A stretch of 64,000 nucleotides of DNA from a virus. Where the stretch lies: IMG/VR virus record IMGVR_UViG_3300025732_000035, positions 1 through 64,000 of that record; one strand, written 5' to 3'. The number at the start of each line of letters is the position of its first letter. Within the stretch, counting starts at the first letter, position 1. The notes beneath the pieces are model-generated. The model worked only from the letters and a program-made list of their open reading frames with translations, ran no database searches and was not told the origin of the DNA. The translations under genes were made by a program, and so were the position numbers. Below, in pieces: positions 1-9,116 of this stretch.

Positions 1-44
1 GAGTCATTGCTGAACCTCGTAGTGTGTAGAACTGGGCAAGGTGG

Positions 45-323
45 CTAAATGGAAGTGATGAGACGATAACGCTTGAGGATTTCCTCTTGCTCCTTTTCTC
101 GCCAATACTGAAGCCTGCGTTCAAGCTTGGCAGTAGCAAGTTGCATCACGCTTCGCTTATCGTGGTCCCAATCCAACAATGGATCAGAAGCTTTGGCCAA
201 AGAGTTGTTCGTAGGCATGAGAGATAGCGCGAAATTTCCTAAGATGATGATCCCGATCTTGCGCCAACAATTCCGCGAGATCTTTAATGAGCTGGTCGCC
301 ATTGTCATTCTCAAAGTATTCAA
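45..323 (-). CDS. hypothetical phage protein
   Basis: ORF co-oriented with neighbouring minus-strand genes; true start uncertain. Confidence 0.4.
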   Translation of the reverse strand: MNTLRMTMATSSLKISRNCWRKIGIIILGNFALSLMPTNNSLAKASDPLLDWDHDKRSVMQLATAKLERRLQYWREKEQEEILKRYRLITSI

Positions 324-359
324 AAATAGCGTCTGAAAGCCTATCTTTGGGAGTGGAAG

Positions 360-731
360 TCACAGTTTGCCTCCTTTAATTGCACTGTTGTAGTTCATCA
401 AATACTCTTCAAAATCAGAGCCAGTGGGAGCTTCTTTCTGCAGTTCTTCATGATTTTCCTTAAGCATTTCCAGGCTTACGATAAAAGCACAGCGGATACG
501 ATTCAATGCGAGCTGTTGCACAAGGTTAGGCTCTTCATCAATAGCCTTTTCAATGGTGCAAATAAATTCCTGTAGGTCTGCCATAGAGAAGCTGCGCGTT
601 ACCATTGGCTGGCCAAAGAACATTGCCAATTCTCCATCCTTGAAAGCACAGATGGGCTGATTGGGAAGAGTGTGGTTGAACGTAGTGGTCACAATGGTGA
701 AACAGAGGACTAGCAGCGTTCGCCGCTGCAT
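360..731 (-). CDS. hypothetical phage protein
   Basis: 123-aa ORF in minus-strand block; start may be an internal Met. Confidence 0.55.
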   Translation of the reverse strand: MQRRTLLVLCFTIVTTTFNHTLPNQPICAFKDGELAMFFGQPMVTRSFSMADLQEFICTIEKAIDEEPNLVQQLALNRIRCAFIVSLEMLKENHEELQKEAPTGSDFEEYLMNYNSAIKGGKL

Positions 732-748
732 GGGCGTATTGTGCCAGC

Positions 749-772
749 AAAAAGGCCCCCATCAAGGGGGCC
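749..772 (-). terminator. rho-independent terminator
   Basis: minus strand GGCCCCC-TTGAT-GGGGGCC followed by T-run, just after ORF 785..1210. Confidence 0.75.
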
Positions 773-784
773 GTTCATAAATCG

Positions 785-1210
785 TTACAAAGCTCGTGGC
801 TTGCGCAAAGCCTGTGTGGCAATGCTTAGGTTTTTAGTGATAGGCAGTGGCTTGTCTCGCCATTTAATGGCAATGGCATGACAAGAGCCCACTGGCATCA
901 GCTCAGCGTGCCTAAAAGCCCTGTCTAGCAGAATTTGATAGGCCTGGCGCTTTGGCTTGCTCATTGGCCCTTCAGGCTCTTCAATGTTGGTGCGAGCAAA
1001 GTCAGCCAGTTCCGTAATGTCATCAAGCTCATTGGTGGCAATAACAAAATGCCTACCACGTTGTTGAGCCTTTCGCCATGCAGGGTGAATAGGAGGATTC
1101 TCCATAGCCAAAGCTTGTGCTTCCTCTTGCAATTGAGGCGGAATGCAAATGTGAATCATGCGAGGAAGGGGATGCTCTTCAACCAAGGAGAGCTGGATTT
1201 CCATGATCAA
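785..1210 (-). CDS. hypothetical phage protein
   Basis: 141-aa ORF followed by terminator. Confidence 0.65.
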   Translation of the reverse strand: MIMEIQLSLVEEHPLPRMIHICIPPQLQEEAQALAMENPPIHPAWRKAQQRGRHFVIATNELDDITELADFARTNIEEPEGPMSKPKRQAYQILLDRAFRHAELMPVGSCHAIAIKWRDKPLPITKNLSIATQALRKPRAL

Positions 1211-1543
1211 ACGAAACGAAATTGTCCAAAATGGAAAGAGCGATTTCCGATGGCTAATTGGCTTTCACCAAAACCATCGTACATTGTGCCAAGAAGAAAA
1301 CTATTTCTCCATTGAAAACAGAAATCTCCTAGACGAATGTGTCCAGTGGCGTCAGTGCAATGGAAAGAGAAAATCATAGTTTGGGATCTTCTGGAAGAGG
1401 AGAAATTTCTTCAATTAATGCCACTTTTAAATCAGGACGCATTACAAGAAGAAAGTGTTCTGCTTGTTTAGCAGAAATTGCCCCAAGGGCAATTTTCTTT
1501 CCTTCTGAAGTGGTAATAAGATAGGTGCGGCAAATAGAGGCCA

Positions 1544-1969
1544 TCACCATTTTTCCTCCTCAAGCTCTTCAAGAATGTGCTGACTGAGTGTTTCTTCAAG
1601 CATGGTGCGCCATCCGCCATCGCCTCCAATGCTATTGATTTCTGAAAGGAGATGGAGAGCATCAGCAATGCGAGTGGCGTCCATCAGGCAACTACAGGCC
1701 ATACTGGGCTCCTCGCTAATCAGCTCTTCAAACATACCAATATGTAGCTCAAACCACTTACCTAGGCAGAACAGTGCCACTTGCCGGTAGGTTTCGTCGC
1801 CATGCTTCTGCAGCATGGCTTCTATAGTTTTAGCCAAGCTTGGCGGAACGCCTACAGTGCCATGGTCTTGGAGACCAGGAGATATTGAAGATGCAATGGC
1901 TTCACGCTTGCCATCTTTAGCTGCCACTGCTTGGCGTAGAAAGTCGTTGACTGTAGAAAAATTGTCCAA
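1544..1969 (-). CDS. hypothetical phage protein
   Basis: 141-aa ORF, protein-like composition. Confidence 0.65.
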   Translation of the reverse strand: MDNFSTVNDFLRQAVAAKDGKREAIASSISPGLQDHGTVGVPPSLAKTIEAMLQKHGDETYRQVALFCLGKWFELHIGMFEELISEEPSMACSCLMDATRIADALHLLSEINSIGGDGGWRTMLEETLSQHILEELEEEKW

Positions 1970-2015
1970 TGCAAAGGAAGCATTTCATTAATAATGACCC
2001 CTTGCGGAGCCATTG

Positions 2016-2768
2016 TCAATAATCATCTTCATTAATTGTTTGTAAAGGCATGGCGTCAGGAAGTGGCTCGTTTTCCGGCTCTGCATCGAAGCTGATAGTC
2101 TCAACAGACGCAGGAAGAGAATTGCTCCTGCGCTCTTCTGTTGCTTTAGCTTCCTTCTCCTTTTCAATGGTGGAAGACAAGTCCTTCAGGAATTTCCTGT
2201 AGGAGGTGTCTTGGTTTTCCACTTGCTTGATTTCATTGAGACCAAGCAGCTTTGCTTGTTCCACCAGGGAGTTCTTGGCCACGTTGAGGAACGACGCGTC
2301 GCCAGCGCTTTCTTCAATCTTCACCATCTCCTTCCCACCATCGTCGCCACCGTCCATAATGGTCACTACTTTCTTGCGCTTACTGTTTTCAAAGCTACGA
2401 AGAGCCAAGTCTTTCAGTTCCATTTGTTCTTTCAAGAGACGCGCCCTGTGCGTATCTTGATTCTTCAAGATTTCTTGCGTGTAAAGATCGCGGTTGAAAT
2501 GGCGATCACCATTCACTGTTTCTTTGCTTAGTTTTAGAACATTCGCAATCTGACGATTGCTCATTTTTGCAGCAAGAAGCTCTTGCACCATCCATCGCCT
2601 AAGGCCAAGCATTTCCTTGGAATAGGCAGCAGCACCATTACCACCATTCACTTTTGTTTCACGCACGGCTTCAAATTGCGTTTCTGAAATGCCCGCTTTC
2701 TTCAATGCCTTAGCAGCATATTCAAGCTCTTCTTCAGACGTTGGGAAATCAATTTCAGGCCGCGCCAT
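2016..2768 (-). CDS. HTH DNA-binding protein, terminase small subunit-like
   Basis: HTH-like MSNRQIANVLKLSKETVNGD, helical middle and QAKLLGL motif typical of TerS-like proteins. Confidence 0.55.
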   Translation of the reverse strand: MARPEIDFPTSEEELEYAAKALKKAGISETQFEAVRETKVNGGNGAAAYSKEMLGLRRWMVQELLAAKMSNRQIANVLKLSKETVNGDRHFNRDLYTQEILKNQDTHRARLLKEQMELKDLALRSFENSKRKKVVTIMDGGDDGGKEMVKIEESAGDASFLNVAKNSLVEQAKLLGLNEIKQVENQDTSYRKFLKDLSSTIEKEKEAKATEERRSNSLPASVETISFDAEPENEPLPDAMPLQTINEDDY

Positions 2769-2784
2769 TTTGTAAAACTATTCT

Positions 2785-2979
2785 TCAGTGAATTGTATCT
2801 CCTTTTCCATGGAGAGAACGAACAAACAATGCAGTGAAGCGTTCCATTTGATCAGTGGCAATACTCGCTGGGTAGCCATCAATGGCTTGTTTTAAGCTGA
2901 ATAATTCTTGCCATTCCTCACGGGAAAGCTCTTCTTCAGGCGATGCAGGAAAAATAGTCATGGCAAAAGGGGCGCACAA
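2785..2979 (-). CDS. hypothetical protein (probable start at the internal Met of MTIFP)
   Basis: short ORF in operon-like run. Confidence 0.5.
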   Translation of the reverse strand: MCAPFAMTIFPASPEEELSREEWQELFSLKQAIDGYPASIATDQMERFTALFVRSLHGKGDTIH

Positions 2980-2997
2980 AGCGCCCCGTTCCTTCGT

Positions 2998-3267
2998 TTA
3001 ATGATACTGCCAAAAAGCTTGATCCATCAAAGCATCTAGTTCTACCAGGCGCTTTGGCGCATACTTCCTGACAAAATCTTCCATCTCAGCATGGACAATG
3101 CTCAATAGTTCGCAATAAGCAGCGTCTAATCCTTCATTGTCTAGATCTTGTCCAGTGGCGCGAAAATAATGCCTAGCCATTGAAGCTTTCGGACTAACAG
3201 GATAATGCGTCTCAGCCATTATCTTGCTCCTGCTCAATGGCAAAGCCATTGTCAACGAGCTTTTCAA
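2998..3267 (-). CDS. hypothetical protein
   Basis: ORF overlapping upstream gene, followed by GGGGCGC hairpin plus T-run at ~2965-2987. Confidence 0.55.
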   Translation of the reverse strand: MKSSLTMALPLSRSKIMAETHYPVSPKASMARHYFRATGQDLDNEGLDAAYCELLSIVHAEMEDFVRKYAPKRLVELDALMDQAFWQYH

Positions 3268-3451
3268 TTTCGCTTAGGCTAGAGCGCCAATGGCGCTCTC
3301 CATTGCCATCACGTGCTCCATATAAAGTGCGTGAAGCTGGTTGTTGTCCTTTGATAGGAGAAGAAAAGCCGTAGTGAACGATAGGCAAAATTTCAACGCC
3401 GTTATGTTCAAGAAGTGGAAGATGGTCTACAGCTCGTGGAGCTTTAAGCAT
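3212..3451 (-). CDS. hypothetical protein
   Basis: 79-aa ATG ORF heading the minus-strand block. Confidence 0.6.
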   Translation of the reverse strand: MLKAPRAVDHLPLLEHNGVEILPIVHYGFSSPIKGQQPASRTLYGARDGNGERHWRSSLSEIEKLVDNGFAIEQEQDNG

Positions 3452-3525
3452 TGTTCAGGAAAATTCCTTTGCAATGCTAGGGAGATTTTTGTTCATTGAA
3501 GGCTTCTTTTGCCTTTTGTCTGAAC

Positions 3526-3651
3526 GTTTCGCCCTTTGGGGGCTCCACTCTGGCTGGAGCGGCATTGCGGAGGTTTAAGGTCTCGTCTGGCCTGTTCTTT
3601 TTAGGGAATCTTGGCCTTGCGACTGAGGCGCTTCGCCCTTGGGGGCTCCGC
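3526..3651 (-). repeat. two copies of a GGA-stem-loop-GAA hairpin motif
   Basis: minus strand GTGGA-GCCC-CCAAA-GGGC-GAAAC (3526-3548) and GCGGA-GCCC-CCAA-GGGC-GAAGC (3630-3651); related copies at 60.9-61.2 kb. Confidence 0.75.
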
Positions 3652-3846
3652 TTGCTCTGGCTGGCCAGGCAGCATAGGCTTGTAGCCCCTGGAATGCTCG
3701 TCTGAGATCTCTTGGATACTCGCGGGACTTTCCGGAACCAGTGTACAGCCCCCCACCAAATTTTTTACAAGAGGGCCAATCCTCGAACTGTCTAGTTCCA
3801 TGGAAAAACGGGTTAGTGGTAGGATTTGCGGGCTTCGCAAGCAATC

Positions 3847-4005
3847 ATGACCAACTCAGTTCCCGATAGTTTCAAAGTCATCAAGCTCCCTCGTAATGGT
3901 CCTAAGACAGGACAAAGCACTAGAGCTTGGCTCTATGGCAAAGAGCAAGAAGCTAAAGAATTTCAACGGAGGCTAGACGGACAGGATCAAAATAAGCGCA
4001 AATAA
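3847..4005 (+). CDS. small hypothetical protein (52 aa, MTNSVPDSFKVIKLPRNGPK...)
   Basis: read by hand; ATG..TAA directly followed by terminator. Confidence 0.6.
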   Translation: MTNSVPDSFKVIKLPRNGPKTGQSTRAWLYGKEQEAKEFQRRLDGQDQNKRK

Positions 4006-4031
4006 GAAAGGGGCCTTATGGCCCCTTTTTT
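4006..4031. terminator. bidirectional terminator
   Basis: AAAGGGGCC-TTAT-GGCCCCTTTTTT between convergent small ORFs. Confidence 0.8.
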
Positions 4032-4185
4032 ATTCTCCCTCGTCTTCGTAGTCTTCTTCAAGATCTTCAGCCTCAAGCTCTTCACGAAGTTTTCTGAAGA
4101 ATGCTGCTGTCACTTCCTTTGCTTCTTGCGTCTCGTCGATTTCTAGCGGAGCATTGCTTTCGCTATTGTCCCAAATAATTTTCAT
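4030..4185 (-). CDS. small acidic hypothetical protein (51 aa, MKIIWDNSESNAPLEID...)
   Basis: read by hand; ends in the terminator. Confidence 0.55.
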   Translation of the reverse strand: MKIIWDNSESNAPLEIDETQEAKEVTAAFFRKLREELEAEDLEEDYEDEGE

Positions 4186-4284
4186 GATTAAGCAAGCGCT
4201 TTCTGTTTATACTATAAAAAGCTGCTCGCTACGGTAGGCAGCAGGGAGGCTGTGCAATAGAGCCTCCCTCCTATTGCGAGACAG

Positions 4285-6300
4285 TCAAAACCACTCATCA
4301 TCGTCTTCCCCTTCGGGAAGACTTTCATTGGAAACAATGGAAACAGACTCTTCTTTAGGAGCTTCTTCCTGAACGGGAACAGGTTCAAAATCAACATCTG
4401 GAGCTTCATAAGCCCAGCTTTGATACATCCTGGTGCGCTCGCCATTCGGACCAATAATGAAGCTGGTGTCAATCAAGCCTTGACGACGTGCCACTTCTAG
4501 TAATCGTCCAACGCTTACGGTGTCCCATGAGCCAGAAGCGTTAGCAGCGGCCTTCCTATCAAAACGTTCATGCTTTCGAGAATTAATCATATTGACAAGA
4601 TTGTCCATACTTTCATTGCCACCCACTGCAGGCCCCTTGTAATACCAGCCATAAGTGGCAGGATCACGCTGCATGAAATGCTTACCAGCCAAACCACTCC
4701 TGCTCTTGGTCCATTCAAACATGAACTGCGTTGAATCGGGATTATTGTCAGTGCGATAGAGTTTCACCACTTCACTAACGTTGGCTTCAAAGCTGGAGCT
4801 ATCACGAATGCCGCCACTTTTGTTTAAGTGGTGAAGGATGACAATGGAGCAACCATATTGATTGGCAATGTCACGTAGTTCGTAAATGCAATTGCCAGCA
4901 TCAGAACGAATGAGATCAACGTCCATGCCAGCCAAGCATGAAGTGAGGCTATCTATCATGATGAGCTGTGGCTGATGACGTTGTACGTAGGAAAGGAGTT
5001 GGGGAATGTTGCTAAAGCGCCAGCGATCAATGAAATCAATTTGACCATTGCCTAGCGCATCATCGTCGTAGCCAATAATTTGAAGCTTTTCTGCAGCATC
5101 AACAACTGGTTCGTCGCATTGAATGATCAGCACTTTACCTTTCTTGCAGCGTCTGTTACTCCAATCCTTACCTGTGGCAACGTGCAGAGCCCAGTTGTAA
5201 ACAATAGTGCTCTTGCCGCTACCAGGAGCTGCTGCTAGCAGCATTACACTGCTTTCAGGAAGAATGCCAGCAATGGTCCATTTTCTGGAATCTTCAGACT
5301 GTGCAATTGCTTTTGCATCGAGGATTTCCATTTCCTCTTTGCCATGCACACGACCACGCGCTTCAGAAAGCAGCTTGTCGATTTCTTGTGAATTTAGCTT
5401 GACGCCATGAGCGTCCATCCATTGGCGAGCTTCATAGGCAATGCGGGCGTCGTTGTTGTAGAGACCAACCATGCGCTCAAACGTGCCAATGATCTCCTCA
5501 TAAGAAGGCAGCCCGTCCTTTCCTTCGTGCCTGTCTTTTGAAACGATGCAGGAAAGAATGGCACCTTGATCTGCACCATCATCAAGCCAGTCGGCTAAGT
5601 CGTAGCCTCCTTTTTGAGGCAGATTGTCCCATTCAAAGCTACTGGGATCCGCGTAGCACCATTGTGCATTGGGATTGTCTGCAGCCACTTCCTTCATGAG
5701 AGCCACGCCAGGCTCGTCACGATCAGGACAAAGAACTACTTTCTGTCCGCGAAATAGTTGCGAATAGTCACCATTTGCGCGATATTGTCCGCTGCCACCA
5801 AGAAACGTACTAGAAGGCAAACCAATTTCCCAAAGCCTATCGGCAGTCAGTTCGCCTTCAACAATGAAGATGGGCAGGCCTGATGCTGCTGATGCTTCAA
5901 TGGCATCGTAATAACGATAGGGAAGAATATTCTTTCGCAGTTGTTTGACAATTTCAGAACGCTTGCCACTTGCGTTATTAGCAGTGGGATAGTCTTGCGA
6001 AATGCTTTTTTTGCCAGAAGTGTCGTCTCGCGTGACGACTATCACGTCTTCGCGGTTACGGTTTTGATAGGGAAACAAATAGCGCTTTGCTTCACGCATG
6101 GGACGCTCCCAGCGTTCTAACGGCGCAAGAATATTACGAATTTCTGCACGATGCTTGGGACTGTCGTCATTGAAACAGTTATATGCTCCGTTCCCTTCGT
6201 TTACGGACAGATCATTGCCACCGCATGCAGGGCAGATGTATTTGCCTGCATGGTCGCTCGGCTCCAGTTTGGCGAGGTGTTCGAGGATGGAAAAAGCCAT
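4285..6300 (-). CDS. DNA primase-helicase (Zn-binding + TOPRIM + RecA/AAA_25-type helicase)
   Basis: CPACG..NCF zinc motif; IVEGE and PDRDEPG TOPRIM motifs; Walker A APGSGKS, Walker B LIMIDS. Confidence 0.9.
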   Translation of the reverse strand: MAFSILEHLAKLEPSDHAGKYICPACGGNDLSVNEGNGAYNCFNDDSPKHRAEIRNILAPLERWERPMREAKRYLFPYQNRNREDVIVVTRDDTSGKKSISQDYPTANNASGKRSEIVKQLRKNILPYRYYDAIEASAASGLPIFIVEGELTADRLWEIGLPSSTFLGGSGQYRANGDYSQLFRGQKVVLCPDRDEPGVALMKEVAADNPNAQWCYADPSSFEWDNLPQKGGYDLADWLDDGADQGAILSCIVSKDRHEGKDGLPSYEEIIGTFERMVGLYNNDARIAYEARQWMDAHGVKLNSQEIDKLLSEARGRVHGKEEMEILDAKAIAQSEDSRKWTIAGILPESSVMLLAAAPGSGKSTIVYNWALHVATGKDWSNRRCKKGKVLIIQCDEPVVDAAEKLQIIGYDDDALGNGQIDFIDRWRFSNIPQLLSYVQRHQPQLIMIDSLTSCLAGMDVDLIRSDAGNCIYELRDIANQYGCSIVILHHLNKSGGIRDSSSFEANVSEVVKLYRTDNNPDSTQFMFEWTKSRSGLAGKHFMQRDPATYGWYYKGPAVGGNESMDNLVNMINSRKHERFDRKAAANASGSWDTVSVGRLLEVARRQGLIDTSFIIGPNGERTRMYQSWAYEAPDVDFEPVPVQEEAPKEESVSIVSNESLPEGEDDDEWF

Positions 6301-6389
6301 GGGCGATGGTGAGATGGGGGTGTTCTAGCACCAGAATCCTGCTGCTGCAAGGCATTAACAATTCTTTATACAAGATTCAGCTTCAAACC

Positions 6390-6417
6390 TTGACGAGCTG
6401 GCCATGCCGGCTATATT
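6390..6417 (+). promoter_or_regulatory. sigma70-type promoter of the replication/recombination operon
   Basis: TTGACG-N16-TATATT in divergent intergenic region. Confidence 0.55.
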
Positions 6418-6443
6418 GGCCATGTCCCTCGCGAGGCAAAACC

Positions 6444-6518
6444 ATGGAGCTATTGCTGGCCGCCATCATCGGTTTCAGCATCGGTTACCTTCTTGGCCCT
6501 CTGTTCTATGACCATTGA
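6444..6518 (+). CDS. 24-aa hydrophobic peptide (MELLLAAIIGFSIGYLLGPLFYDH)
   Basis: first ATG ORF after the promoter; single TM-like helix. Confidence 0.35.
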   Translation: MELLLAAIIGFSIGYLLGPLFYDH

Positions 6519-6756
6519 TCACGGCGAGCCCAAGAAAAGCCGCCACTTCACCTTGACTGACACTGCCTACACCCATCTGAAAAACATTGCCCATGATGCA
6601 AGGCAAAGCTTGAGCGAAACAGTGGAGCGCCTCGTTCGTTCTACTCCCGTCTGGGAAGGTAGTGCCACTCTTTCTGATGGCGCTTTCTCCATGATTGAGG
6701 ATTATTCCACTTCTGACATTACCATTGAGGATTATGAAGGCTTCAAAGCTGATTAA
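6493..6756 (+). CDS. ribbon-helix-helix-like DNA-binding protein
   Basis: KSRHFTLTDTAYTHLKNIA..SLSETVERLV pattern; probable start 6508. Confidence 0.5.
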   Translation: MALCSMTIDHGEPKKSRHFTLTDTAYTHLKNIAHDARQSLSETVERLVRSTPVWEGSATLSDGAFSMIEDYSTSDITIEDYEGFKAD

Positions 6757-6988
6757 GCAATTGCAAAAAGCAATTGATAACTATGGCGACATTGAGATTG
6801 GCTCCTACAGCAAAAACTATGCCTTTGACGTAAAGAAAGAAGACGATGTGAATCCCATCAAATTTCGCGTCTTGAATGGAGTAGAAAATTCTCTGCCAGG
6901 TTTTTCTATGGATGAAGAAGATCAAGAGCAAGATGAAAAATCTTGCCGAAGCTTCTTTGGTGTTATTTTTTGCGGCTCTTGTTCATGA
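6695..6988 (+). CDS. hypothetical protein (probable start MKASKLI)
   Basis: overlapping operon arrangement. Confidence 0.6.
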   Translation: MRIIPLLTLPLRIMKASKLIKQLQKAIDNYGDIEIGSYSKNYAFDVKKEDDVNPIKFRVLNGVENSLPGFSMDEEDQEQDEKSCRSFFGVIFCGSCS

Positions 6989-7287
6989 AAGTTTCTCAGC
7001 TCAAGCTTGCTTGCGAAGAATTTCTTCTTGAGCACCCCGACAATGAAGTGAAGATCCTATGGGAAGAAGGCGTAATTTCTGAAAATTACGATCCCGAATT
7101 CCTTGAAGAACCCACTGACGTGAGGGTGATAAACGACTGGCCGTTGCCAGGCGACAGTCTTATTAACAAGGCAGAATCTCCTGAGAAAATGTTTGTCATC
7201 ATGTATGGCGAATATCAACCATCGGGCTTTGGCTATAAAGCAGTTGCTTCTCTTCATGATGAATTTTCCCAATCTCACCACGTCTGA
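6943..7287 (+). CDS. hypothetical protein (probable start MKVSQLK)
   Basis: ATGA coupling with upstream gene. Confidence 0.6.
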   Translation: MPKLLWCYFLRLLFMKVSQLKLACEEFLLEHPDNEVKILWEEGVISENYDPEFLEEPTDVRVINDWPLPGDSLINKAESPEKMFVIMYGEYQPSGFGYKAVASLHDEFSQSHHV

Positions 7288-7447
7288 GCTTTATGCTCGC
7301 ATGAAGCAACTGGACCATGATGTGGTTCATTTGTTCGACTGCTTTGCTTCTGATACCGGAGTAGATGTGCTTGGCCTGTATCTCTCTTTTGATGAAGAAA
7401 GCGAACGGTATGTTCTCGACTGGCACTTTGCTTTTCTTGAAGAATGA
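7193..7447 (+). CDS. hypothetical protein
   Basis: ATGA coupling with downstream gene. Confidence 0.5.
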   Translation: MSSCMANINHRALAIKQLLLFMMNFPNLTTSELYARMKQLDHDVVHLFDCFASDTGVDVLGLYLSFDEESERYVLDWHFAFLEE

Positions 7448-8385
7448 ACCACGCCATCTTTACTTACTCTCCGTCCGACTTTTCCTGCATGGAAGACTCT
7501 GCAAAAGCTGCAATGCTCGACCGTTACAACGGCATTTTTACACCGCTGGAAATCAGCGCTGAAGCTTTTAAAGCTGCTTACGACACGCCTGGCATTGGTT
7601 CTCACATTGAAAAGGACTATAAAGGCTTATCCTATTTGTCGTGGCCTTTTGCTTTCCGCTACTTAAAGGAGCATTTCCCGACGCTTTTTGTGGCCTTTGA
7701 AGAGAAAACCATTGGCTGGCCCGTATTTGGCGAGCCTGGCGCCTTCATTCTTCGCCCCTATCTAACGGACGGCATTCGCCGCACTCCAGCACTGGTATTT
7801 CCAGTGATGGACAGGAAGCACAATTCCATTCAGCAGCTTGATGGTCGTGCCATTAGCGACAACATCCAACGTGCAAGCGTCAAGGCCATCGCTACGTTTA
7901 CGGGCCTTGGTCTTCGGCTCTATGCCGGAGAGGACATCCCTAAGGAAGAAGCACCGAAGCCTGCTCTGCAGCAAGATGTCCCAAAGCCTGCTCGTGCGGC
8001 CAAGAAGGCTGCGACGGGAACTACTGGTGGCACTTCTGACTCTGCCCCTGACTCTGCCCCTGACTCTGCCCCCGAGTCCTTCGATGCAAAAGCAGCTCTC
8101 ACAGCAGTTTGCAAAGCCAATCCTCTGAATTATGCCGACGAGAAAGCTTCTATGGCTGCAGGCAAAGCTGCTCTTGAAAGCATTGGACTTGCTCGCGCCA
8201 CGGAAGTCAAAACCTGGCAAGCCTTCGGAAACGTCGTCGCAGCAATGATGACGCTATGGGCAAAGCAAGAGCAAATTGCCATTAGCAAAGCTGAAATGAC
8301 TGAAGAAATCAATGCCGTGCGCGGCCTTGAAGATACTGCTGCCATTATTGATGGTATGAAAGCTTTTGTTGCAAAAAAGCAGTAG
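7444..8385 (+). CDS. single-strand annealing protein, Sak3/DUF1071-like
   Basis: IEKDYKGLSYLSW, PVMD, IQRASVKAIA..GLGLRLYAGED motifs; next to exonuclease and SSB-like genes. Confidence 0.85.
   Translation: MNHAIFTYSPSDFSCMEDSAKAAMLDRYNGIFTPLEISAEAFKAAYDTPGIGSHIEKDYKGLSYLSWPFAFRYLKEHFPTLFVAFEEKTIGWPVFGEPGAFILRPYLTDGIRRTPALVFPVMDRKHNSIQQLDGRAISDNIQRASVKAIATFTGLGLRLYAGEDIPKEEAPKPALQQDVPKPARAAKKAATGTTGGTSDSAPDSAPDSAPESFDAKAALTAVCKANPLNYADEKASMAAGKAALESIGLARATEVKTWQAFGNVVAAMMTLWAKQEQIAISKAEMTEEINAVRGLEDTAAIIDGMKAFVAKKQ
8036..8071 (+). repeat. in-frame 12-bp tandem repeat x3 (CTGACTCTGCCC; DSAP linker)
   Basis: directly visible. Confidence 0.9.
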
Positions 8386-8522
8386 ATCTAGCAGCGGCCC
8401 GCTTAGCGCGGGCCTTTGCTGGAACAGTTTGCATTGATGATGATGCCCTACCAGTTATTGAGCTTCCTCCCGCCTTTTTTGGCGAATGATCCTCTTGGCT
8501 TGTTTCTTCTTGTTACTTTCAC

Positions 8523-8786
8523 ATGCTTGATCCTTGCTCTGTCGATCCTGGCTATCCTTTCACTGATTCTCCCATGAGTCGCTTCACTTTTCTTTACGAA
8601 GAAGGAGAAACCAAAGTTTCTTATTCTTTCCATAACATTTACATGCCTGAAATCATTGAACATTTCAAGCAGTTTATTTTGGCTTGTGGCTTCTTTGAAA
8701 GCTGCATAATAGCCTCCATGGAAACCATGGTTGAAGAGCATGAAATGATGGAAGAAAAGCGTGCAGAATCATCGCTCTCTGATTGA
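8523..8786 (+). CDS. hypothetical protein (probable start MSRFTF)
   Basis: typical small phage ORF in operon. Confidence 0.6.
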   Translation: MLDPCSVDPGYPFTDSPMSRFTFLYEEGETKVSYSFHNIYMPEIIEHFKQFILACGFFESCIIASMETMVEEHEMMEEKRAESSLSD

Positions 8787-9081
8787 TGCTTGTCATGAAG
8801 CGTTCTGGAGCTTTCCTGAAGACACGCTTAGCAGTGATCGTCGCATTGCTGCTGTTCTTGAAGCCATTGCTAATCATCCTTTGGCTGATAAGCAATTTCT
8901 TCATCAAACTGCTCGAACTATTCTCATGCCTGACATTGCAATGTGCTCGGGGGGTGAATGCCCTGTTAAAGAAAACTGCTGGCGCTACATGGCGCCTGCA
9001 GATCGCTGGCAGAGCTATTTCGCTGCGCCTCCATGTGATGAGGAAGGCTGCGACTATTTCTGGGACATGAACGAGAAATAG
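8761..9081 (+). CDS. hypothetical protein with Cys-rich C-terminal domain
   Basis: PDIAMCSGGECPVKENCWRY motif. Confidence 0.6.
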   Translation: MQNHRSLIDACHEAFWSFPEDTLSSDRRIAAVLEAIANHPLADKQFLHQTARTILMPDIAMCSGGECPVKENCWRYMAPADRWQSYFAAPPCDEEGCDYFWDMNEK

Positions 9082-9116
9082 TGGCTTGTTACGATCTATG
9101 CCTTGCCTCTCTTCAA

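Noticed and set aside
3526-3560. Hammerhead ribozyme (stem followed by GAAAC on minus strand)
   Set aside because: No CUGANGA core before the stem (reads CAGAGUGGA), and other copies have GGAAC or GAAGC
3496-3844. Three overlapping ORFs in the GC-rich gap
   Set aside because: Non-ATG starts, low-complexity translations, overlap the hairpin motifs; likely non-coding
7606-7619. Near match to the cassette motif (ATTGA-AAA-GGACTA); weaker ones at ~19022 and ~22052
   Set aside because: Mismatched or wrongly spaced; the first two are inside coding sequence; compatible with chance
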